A DNA stretch of 64,000 bases. Source: Piromyces finnis finn. Lineage: Eukaryota > Fungi > Neocallimastigomycota. This document shows positions 33,347-44,100 of this stretch, in pieces. Positions within the stretch are counted from its first letter, which is position 1; the number at the start of each line of letters is the position of its first letter. The notes under the pieces were generated by a model that was not told the DNA's origin, searched no databases, and saw only the letters and a list, made by a program, of their open reading frames with translations. The translations under genes were made by a program, and so were the position numbers. The stretch is from positions 62,001-126,000 of the forward strand of contig MCFH01000018.1 in NCBI GenBank assembly GCA_002104945.1, in the 5' to 3' direction.

Positions 33347-34183
33347 TTTACTCCAATTATAAAATTTACACTCATTTAGTAATAAAGTATATTAGAACTA
33401 TATAAATTTGTATAATTTTAATTCCGGAATAAATATGTATAAAAAAAAAAAGATAAAAAAAAATTTTAAACTTAGGAAAAATATTTAATAATTTATAAAT
33501 AAATTTTTTATACAATAAAAAAAATACTTTTTTAAGATTATACATTAAAAATTGTTAAGTATATAAAACTAATAATTATATTAATAATATTAAAGTTTTT
33601 ATGAATTTAAAAATTACATTAATTATATATTTTTGATTTTGTAGTATTAACAATTTCTTTAATATTTATTCAAAAGTATATATGAAATTCAAATATAATA
33701 TGTTTAATATTAAATAATATATATTTTTATTTTTATAATTTATCTTATATGAATGCACCTATTATTTACAATCTTTTAATTGCTTAGGTAAATGAATAAT
33801 AATGATGTTTCTATTAATATTAATTGCTCTTTCATTTATAATTGTGAAAATTAATTTTTGATATATATGCATATAAAACTTTTTTAACTGTTAATTTCTA
33901 TTTATTTATAAAAAAAAAAAAAAAAAAAAGAATTGTAATATATATAAAAATATATATTACAAAATCAAAATATATATAAAAAAATTACAGTTTTACTTAT
34001 ATGAATATTTTATTCATAATATTATTGATTTTATATCATTTTAAATAAAAAAAAAAATTAAATAGAATAATTTTATTTAATAAAGTCTTTTTTTAATACA
34101 TAAAATATATTTTTCAAAATTGAAATTGTAATTAAAAAACTGTTAAAACTACATTAAATAATTTTATTATTTATTTATAATTC

Positions 34184-34329
34184 GGGAGGATGAGGATACT
34201 GAATAGTATATGGTCCGGTTTCCAAAGGAGGAACTGTTAAGGACTCATCCCTGCTAGGCTACCTTCGTCTTAGGGTATTATGAGCGCCGACTTCGAAACC
34301 AATATGGCAAAATAACACAAAAGTTGTGT
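34184..34329. other. GC-rich (~47-50%) island with multiple potential stems, identity unknown
   Basis: ggatgag 34188-94 pairs with ctcatcc 34244-50. Other stems are atact-gaat-agtat, gtcc/ggac, tacctt/agggta and acacaa-aag-ttgtgt. Confidence 0.5.
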
Positions 34330-34383
34330 CTGTATGATATTAAATTTTATATAGTTTTATTATAATATTAATTATTTCTACAA

Positions 34384-34727
34384 TGTATAAGAATGTAATG
34401 AAAATGTATAGCGAATGTAAGAACATGTAATGTAAAAGAATAATGTAGATGTATAATCCATATAATTCCTGCCTTATAATTGGGCAATTAGTTATTAAGT
34501 AAGCCTCATTAGAATAAATAGACTAGGGAATAATTATTATTAAGGAGGCTTCTTGTTTTTAGTAAAGTTTTAATAGTTAGCAACGACAGAATTAACGTTT
34601 TAGTTTTTAGATAGAATAAAAATATTGAAACGTAATAAATAAAGTTATAAATATATTATTAAAGTTAAATTCTTTCTACATAAAATTAACCCGTATCACG
34701 TACACTGTCATGTGAAAACACATGACA
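34384..34727. mobile_element. Dispersed repeat copy 2, LTR-like (TG...CTACA) or Helitron-like end with terminal hairpin
   Basis: Shares two ~39-nt blocks with 8368-8531. Runs from TGTA... to ...TTCTTTCTACA (34680), followed by the perfect 9-bp hairpin tgtcatgtg-aaaa-cacatgaca (34706-34727). No clear TSD. Confidence 0.5.
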
Positions 34728-36820
34728 AAATCTATGATATAAGTTTCTTTTATGTTGTAGTAATTTAATATTAGTTTATTTATAATTTATTATATTAGGT
34801 GAAAAATATTTTATTACTATTAACTTCTCTCTTATTAATAATTTCACTTATAATATTTTCTTATTAATTATTAAAGCTCTTCCCTTTCTAATTATTAATT
34901 ATTTTTACATGAATATTTTTATATTATAAAATTCCTATAATATAATTGAATATCAATTATATAATGTAATGTATTCATAATATATGAATAATAATTAAAT
35001 AGGATATAGTATAATATATTTTACATTTTATATGAAATATTACTATATAAGGAAAGATAATATAATACAAATAAGTATTACAATAAAATTAATACTAATA
35101 TATAATATTAATATTTAAGAATATAATGAAATATGTACATGAATTCTATAACTAATATATAAATAATGTATTATAATATATATCAATTATTATATTATTA
35201 TTATGAAATATTATATATAAATTTTTAAAGATGAAATTGAATATTTTAAATAATAAAAATTATTTTAAATATTGGCTAATATGTAGCTAGACATATTAAT
35301 TTCATATCATCTAAAAAAATCCATTTATAATTATGTTCTATAGAACTTTCTTTAATAAATTTTTATATTAAAAGAATTTTCTTTTTAAATAATAAATTAT
35401 TGTTCTTATTATAATTCTTATTCTGTAATAAAAAAAATATTGACATTTAAATTATTCTTTTTATAAGTTAAAATATTAAACACACTTTTATTATTACCGA
35501 TTTTTCTGGCTGTATTTTATTCAGAGGTCTATTTTTCTCTTGCAGGAGAGTTCTGACTAAATCCGTCCTAAAATCTAGGATAGGTACTAAATCATCTTAA
35601 AAAGTAATAAAGGAACGTTTAATATTTTAAGTATAAAATTATATTTCTATTTATTAATAAATCATTATTTTATTTTATGAAAAATGTATTAAATATTAAT
35701 GTATTTTACTTTAATGAATATAAAATATATTTCATTACTTAAATTAAAAATAGCCTTTTCATATTAAAAAAAAAATTATTTACTTTTTTTTTTAATTTAT
35801 ATAATATAATAGTATACTGTATTCTATTTTTTTTTTTATTCTATTCTTAAATTTTATTAATATTTCATTTTTATTTTATAAATATTAAAGCAATTAATTA
35901 TATTATTTTTGTTTCATTATATTGAGTTTGATACTTCTTTAGTTAACATTTATATATTTTTGTTTATTCATTTTTATATTAATATAAATATATATAAATA
36001 TATACAATCCTCATTATATATTTATATATTACTTTTGAAATTATTTATTATTTATTTTTATTTTTATTTTTTATTTTTTATTTTTTATTTTTTATTTTTT
36101 ATTTTTTATTTTTTATTTTTTTTTTTGGTTATTTTATGCAATATATTTTCAATTCTTCACAAGAAAGTGATACCTCAGTTTTTTTTTTTTAAAAAAAAAT
36201 ATCAATATATAATTCTTAAAAGGTTAGACATTGGTTTAATTATGATATAAATGTATACAAAAATAATTAAAATTATATTTGTATACATTTTTCTAATGTT
36301 TTCTCATACATGTCATACATATTAATATGCCCGAAATATTTTAAACAAATTTATAACCAACAACATTAACAATGATATCCAATTTTCTTTTCATTATTTA
36401 TATAAAGAAATAATGTTTTATATGGCCTTTCTCTTTCATGTATATAGTACAAACGAGAAAATAATTTAATTTACAATAATATTGAATTTCCCCTTTTTAA
36501 ATATAATTTTCTTTTTTAATATTTATTTATATGTACGAAATTATTAACATAGTTTTATAGAATTACACAGAAAAAAAAAAATATATATATATATAAGTTA
36601 CACAATATTTTATATAATATATAATTTTATGAGAAATATTTAAATTTTTTAAATATGATTTTTAAAATACTTAATCTTTTAATATTTATTGCATAATCTT
36701 ATATATACTATATATTTTTCAAATTTATATTATTATTTTTTAAAAGCAATTAATATATATTTTCTTTTACTTATCATTTTTATTGAAACCTATTTTTTTA
36801 CAATTTCAAAACTTTTTTTT

Positions 36821-36940
36821 TTTTTTTAACTTCCGAGTGCATTTCTCCCATCGATCGGAGTTAGCCCCAATGGTGGTTCTTAGAGAAACGTTAGCTCATT
36901 CCTAGGACCCTCCTAGCTTCGACGCTCATTTAATCCATGT
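36821..36940 (-). mobile_element. Short retrotransposed insertion (SINE or 5'-truncated LINE 3' end) with poly(A) tail and TSD
   Basis: An 18-bp direct repeat, atttcaaaactttttttt, sits at 36803-36820 and 36941-36958. It flanks a ~45-50% GC non-coding 120-bp insert that ends in an A-run on the minus strand. Confidence 0.75.
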
Positions 36941-38760
36941 ATTTCAAAACTTTTTTTTATAATTAATTTTTTATATTTTAATAATTTTTTCAACCTCTTA
37001 TTTTATGATTGGATAAATTATAATTTTACATTTAATTTCAAATTGGATAAATATATTTAATTTATATAACATTTAATATAACATTTCTAACATATTTTTG
37101 GTAATGTTACACAAGTTTCATAAAAAAGTAACTAAATAATTTTTAGGTAAGAAAGAATCCTTTTTTTATCATTACAAAATCAAATGTTTTAAAATTTTTA
37201 GTGATGGTAAAGTTTGTACTACCAAAATGTTATTGAGTAATTGAATAGGAAAGAACATTAAAATATTTTTTTATTATGTATATATTATGTATATAATTAT
37301 TTATAATTACTTATATATAAAAGTGATGCTAATAGTTTTGATATATTTTTAAAACATATAATAATCTTTTAATCATAAAAGTATTAATTTATAATAATAT
37401 CTTAATATTTCATTTTGGACTTATAATACAATTTAATTCATGAAGAAATGTTTTATTTTTTATTTAATCAGTAATTTAATTAAATTATATATAAATCAAT
37501 ATAAATCAAGTTAATCATATTGAATCGTTTTTGTCCTACTTTCTTTTTTTTATTATAGTTGATTAAATATTAAATTAAAAATTAAAAAAGAATATCAAAC
37601 GAAACCCTTTAAAATAAAGAAAATTTAAAAAAAGGAAATAAATTTTTAATTTTTATATTAGTAAATAAAATATAACAAAACTTGTTATGAAATTTTAATT
37701 AAATTTGTGTAACAAGTTTTATTATATTTTATTTACTTAGTTTATTTTATCAATTTTTAATATATAAATGTTTTTAACATCAGAAAATTATTTTTTTATG
37801 TTACAAAATGTTCAGAGTATAAAATATTGTTTTAAATATATATATTATAATATTTTTATTTTTTCACTATAACCATTAAAATATTATAGTAATTATTAAA
37901 TACCTTTTTTAAATAATCGTTATTAAAGTTTTTGATATTCTATATATTGTACTTTAAGTAAAATAACTACTCTAATCATTTTATTAATGCTAGTTTTTTT
38001 ATTTATGCACATTAGTAATTTAATTGTATATTAGTTTAATTTATCTAAAAACACATAAAAGTAAGATAAATTAAATACAGAAAAAAATAATAATAAATAT
38101 TAAATTAAATTATTTTAATTTTTATTAATAATTAGAATTTAATTAGCAATAAATGATATTTATATAAATTAATCTTCCAGAAATATATTAGAATTAATTA
38201 ATTATTTTATGAATAAGCTAAAATGAGTAATAAAACATAAAATACTATTTAAAAAGGTTTACATTAACTATTACACAATAAAATTTTTATTTATTAATAC
38301 ATTAGAATATCATATTATAATAATAAATATGATTCTATTTAAATAAGTAATATATTAAATGAAATATTATTATATATAAACATATTATTTAAATAAATAC
38401 ATAATATAATAATATATAGATAGATATTAATATATTATTTATTCTATTTAAATAAATATATTAAAATAATTTGTAATAATACCTTTTTATATAGTAAATA
38501 AAAATCATATTATAAAATGTGTGTGATTATTAATAAATAATAACATTAAATTATAGAATTTTAAATACTACATTATATGTTTTTTTTTTGAACAATATTT
38601 TTATATTTTTATTATTGTTATTCTTTAATAATAAAGTTAAAAAACGCTAACAAGAACAAAAAAATCCTTGTAATTATATTTTTAATTCTGTAATGGGTAA
38701 AACAATGAATTTAGATTTAGCAATAATTCTACATCAACATCTTTTAATATAACACAAGAC

Positions 38761-38922
<162 letters not shown>

Positions 38923-40358
38923 AGAATCCTATTTTTTAAACTTTCAATCTTTTTCATTTATACTGACATAGCCAAAAAATAAATTAAAATAAAATAAATT
39001 CATTAGATATTTTGTATACTTTTAAAACTTGCGCCCCATATAAATGTGTAGATAGTTTTTGATTCATTAATTCTTTATTTATTAGATATTAGTATTTATA
39101 ATTATTAAAGTTAATTATAATCAAAGCTTAATTATTATTAAATAAATATTTTTAAATTACATTCAATAATAGATTGTATATATTAAAACCAATTCAATTT
39201 ATTGATATATATTAATTTTATATTAAAAAAGTTTAATAAATATAAAATTAATTTTTTTTCTTTTGATAAATGAAAAATTTTTAAAAATGGTTTTATTTTA
39301 TACTGATATTTTTTCTTTCATATAAAATATATTATACTTAATTAAGGGTAGTAAATAATAGGTAAATGAAAAGAATAGGCATTCAACTTTAATGGTTGAA
39401 AATATTGTTACTAAAATAATTATTAAAAGCTAAAATTATAATTATTAAAAAGAAACTATCATTTATTTCTTTTCTTTTAAAGAACAATATATGAAAACAA
39501 ATAATAGATTATAATTTTATGATTTAATATAAAACTAAAAAGTTTAATAAATAAATATAATTTTATTCCTAATATATATTAGCATACTTAAAGTTATATT
39601 ATTGGTATAATATATATATATTAAAGGAAAGAATAAAAAATTATAAAAAAATTTTTTTTTTGAAACTTTTATTTTTATTATATTTTGTTATATTATTATA
39701 TTATTTTCAAATAAAATAAAAAAAAAAAATAAAAAATAATAACGTAACTTATTTTCTTTATTATTCTTTATTTTTTTTTTATATTTCCCAATATAAAAAC
39801 AAAGAATATTTTAGCAATACAAACGTTTTATATACTTTATGTCATATTAATAATATAGATATAAACGATATACAGCTAATTAACAATAAAAAAGATTATA
39901 TAAATAAAGAAAAATAACTTTTAATCATCATAAAATGATAAACAAATTTTATTAATAAAAATTAAAATAATCAATTAAAATAAAAAAATTAATAAATAAT
40001 ATAAAAAATAAGCAATAAAGAATATTGTTTAATAAAATAAAAATAGTATTCTTTAATAATAAAAACAAAATAAAAAATAGTATTAAATGATAAAATAACG
40101 TTTAATATTAAATTCAAAAAAAAAAAAAAATAAATAAATAATTAAATATTTAAACTTTTCATATTCATAACTAATATAGAATATTATAAACAATAATAAA
40201 AATAAAACGAGTTAATTTAATATATATAATTTTCTGAATATATAAAAAAAAAAAAAAAATCTATTTTTTATATCGTTTATAAAATAAAATTATGTTTTGA
40301 AAAAAGAAAAGATAGTAAAATTATTTTTGTATATATTCTAAAAATATTATTTTTATGT

Positions 40359-40419
40359 AAAAATCTCGGTTTATTTTTACTATATTTTAAGTAAAAGTTA
40401 ACAAAATACCGAGATTTTT
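40359..40419. repeat. Inverted repeat / hairpin (12-bp perfect outer stem, 7-bp inner stem)
   Basis: aaaaatctcggt (40359-70) pairs with accgagattttt (40408-19). The inner stem is ttttact/agtaaaa. Confidence 0.75.
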
Positions 40420-41190
40420 TATAGTACATATATAATAATACTCTATTTAAACAATGAGAATTAGATTTTTTTATTTTTATTTCTTAGAAAATTTAGACAA
40501 CTATTAATACAAGCAAGCAATATATATTAATTATAATTTCTCATAAAAAATAAACAGTTACAATAAAAATTTGAAAATAATATTAATATCTAACAACTTA
40601 TAAAAATTTAATATCTAATAATAAGAATAATAATAAAGAATATTTATATAAAAAAATATTAAAAAAAGTAAATATTATATATGATATATTTAAAATTTCT
40701 TTAGAAAAGGTAAACTAATAATTTTTATTTTAATTAATTAAATATCATAATAATAAACAGTTTGTGAAGAAAAATCTTATAAAAGTAAAGTAGAATAATC
40801 AAAAAAAGAAAATTGAAAAAATCATCAATTAATGTAGTATATTTAAAAGAATTATTAATTATTTCTTTTTTTTTTTCTTTTTTTTCTTTTTTCTATTTTA
40901 ATAAAGAAAAACCAATATTCATAGTATATTTTTTTTATTATCAATAACAATTTAATTTAATATTTATTTCAGGAAGTTAAAAAGAAATAAATAATTATTA
41001 TTTTCAATTCGTTTGTATTTTCATACCGAAGATTTATTAAATATCATTTAATTTAAGCTATATATTAAAACAAACATACCTTATAAGAAACAAAAATTTG
41101 CTATACATTATTTATTTTTTTTAGTTTTGATAAAAAACAAAATCAATTATTTATTTAAGCGAATAGTAAGAAATAAAATAAAAAAAAATA

Positions 41191-44100
41191 ATGTTTCATA
41201 GAAAATCTAAAAAGGTACAAAAACAAGCTCAGAAGCAAGCACAGGAAGCTTCTATTCAAAATATATCTTTACCTGTTAGTATAAATTACGGTTCATTTTC
41301 TGCTTCACAGCCAACTTATGGATCTACATTTTCAGCGTCACAACCAACATATGGTTCTTATAATGGTTTGATTTCCCCAACACTTTCTGGTATGAATGGT
41401 CTAGTATCACCAAATCTTACTGGTTTAAATGGTTATGGTATGACTTCACCATATAACGGCGCTTTTTCACTTTCCCAACCAGTTAATTCACCGTTACTAT
41501 CACCATTAACTTCTCCAGTAATGAATCCACACTATAATAAAGTAGGAAGCCCAACTCATTTTGTGCTTAATCCATCTGATAGCAGAATGGCTTCTCCACC
41601 ACCACCACCACCACACAATAATTTCTCTTCAATTCTAAGATCATCTTCTGTTAATGATTCTATGCTTAATCGTAGAATGGTAAGTCCTCCACCTCGTAAT
41701 AGGTCCGATCGTACTTCTCGTTCTATTGAAAGACCTGCAAGAAGTGTTTCAGTGAGAAATCAAGATTTTATTTATAAATCAGATGCTAGTAAAAATATGG
41801 GTTCAATGCAACGTGGTCGTCCATTAAGTCGTGAACTGGATCCAAGAAATCCTCTTTTCCAAGGAATTGGTCGTTCTCACTCTGAATTAGCTCCAAGCGT
41901 GAACCAAAGACCACCAAGAGAAAGACCAGTAACACCAAAAAGTAATGCTAATATTAGTTTCTCAAGTGATAGATCACATCAGTCACGTTACAATGAAATT
42001 AAAAGTAGAACAGCTGCTGGTGAATATAGTATTCTTTCTGATCTTAGTTTTGCAAATGGTGAAAGATATAACCGTAAATATGGTCATGGACGTAATGAAA
42101 GTTCAAGTAGTGTTACTAGTAATAACTTAGGCTCAAGCTATAAGCCAATTCCTGATCCAATTAAACGTCCTCGCAGTGAAAATAACAATTCTAAGGCAAC
42201 TCAATTCACACGTAGAGGTAAATCTGAACCACGAAGATCATCTAAACATGGATATCATAATAGTGAAACGAACCTTGATTTTTTGGATGATTACTTTAAA
42301 GATGCAATGAAGAGAAGCAGTAAAACAACAGATTCTTCATACAGTACTATTGAAATAAAGGATGATCGTCAAAGTATTACTAAAGGTACTAAAAACAATA
42401 GTGTTTCTAAACATTACGTAGAAGAGAGTCCAATTATTAACTATAATAGAAATACTTTTGTAAATGATTCTTCTATTGGAAGAGATTTTGGTATTAAGAT
42501 AAAAAATAATAAAGAGACAAAGTTGAATGAAAATAATATTCGTGATAATTCTAAGAGTAGTAAGGTTAAGCCAAAACCTTTCTCTCTTAATATGGATGAC
42601 TTTTTCAGTAGTCTTGAGAACGAAATTGATAGTACCATTAATTCCACATTTAATACAGCACAATCTCTAAAAGCTAATAAATTGGAAGATGTAGTTGAAG
42701 TTGAAGAAGAAGATTTCACAGAACCTATTATCGAGGATAATGTTGATCCTAAGAAGGCAAAACGTATTAGTAATGATGTTCTTGGTCTTGTATTAGCAAC
42801 AAATGATAAAAGCCAAAAGTCACAACCTGAAATTATCATTGAGGATGAAGAACCAGATACCGAAGATGAAGATGAAGATGATGGTAGAATGTATATTAAT
42901 CAAATAATTTCTAAATCTCTTCCGGAAGATTTCTCTTTTTCTCCAAAGACTTGGGAAGATAGATATAATCTTAGTATTGATAATTATCTTAAGAAAGACA
43001 ACCAAGATAATAAAATATCAATTGTTGTTAGTGACACGGAAAATAATGAAAAAAGTATTTTAAAAATTAATACAAATCCAGATATATTAACAAAGAATGA
43101 AACCAAAGATCTTCTTTCAGCCACTACTATTGACGAAAAACCATCTAAGCCATTAAGTCCACTTGGTCGATCTGATTCAAGAAATTCAAATAAAAAATGG
43201 AGTACAGACGGTAAAGTATCTTCACCATTTACACGCTTTTCTCAACCAGTTACTCCAACGTCTCCATTTACCGGTACTTTCTCTGAAAATGAAAGTACTG
43301 ATATTATTGTTGACGGTCTTTCACAGGATGATGTAGGTAATACATCTCTTGGTAATATTTCTACTGCCAGTGGTAAAAGTGGTGTATTAAAATCATTCTT
43401 ACTAAGTGATATTGCAGATATTATTGAAAATGAACAAGATGTTGATACACTTAATATTTCACCAGATTATAGAGATAACTTTATTGAATATCTTATTTCT
43501 CAAAAGTACGATGATCCAAAAGAGGATGATTTCATTACTACGGAAGGTTATTATTCTTGGGAAGAAAAGACAGAAAAGAGACCATTTGTTGACGTTATGG
43601 CTCAATTAGTTGACTATCGTTTTTCACAAGAGTGGGTTGAAGAACAAGAAAAAAAGAAAAAGAACATTAAGAGCTCCACAAAGGCTTCAGAAGATTCTAG
43701 CGTTGAAATCTCAATTATTGTTAAGGTTGTTAAGGCAGAGGGATTAGTAGCCTCAAAAGATGGTAAAGCTCGTAATCCATATTGTGAAGTAAAATTTGAT
43801 GGCAATACTTTCCATACTGAAAAATGTGAAAATACGCATAAACCTTTCTGGAATCAGCATTTAGAAATTAAGGCAAAAAACTTAACAGAAGCTATTGATA
43901 TCGCTGTTTGGGATAAGAAGACAAAAGACAAGAAAAAGATATGGAAAAAGGATCAAGGTGATGAATTCTTAGGTCATATTAAATTCAGTATAAGTGATTT
44001 AATTAATCAATTTGCACGTGAAGGCTACATATCAAAATGGTACGATTTAGGAAAAAGACAAGATAAAAAGGATAAATATGCTGGAGGAAAGATTTTAATA

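Noticed and set aside
34196-34301. Possible hammerhead ribozyme or tRNA-like 3' end (CTGAATAG ... CGAAACCA)
   Set aside because: It lacks the CUGANGA core and the required helix arrangement, and has no T-arm or cloverleaf.
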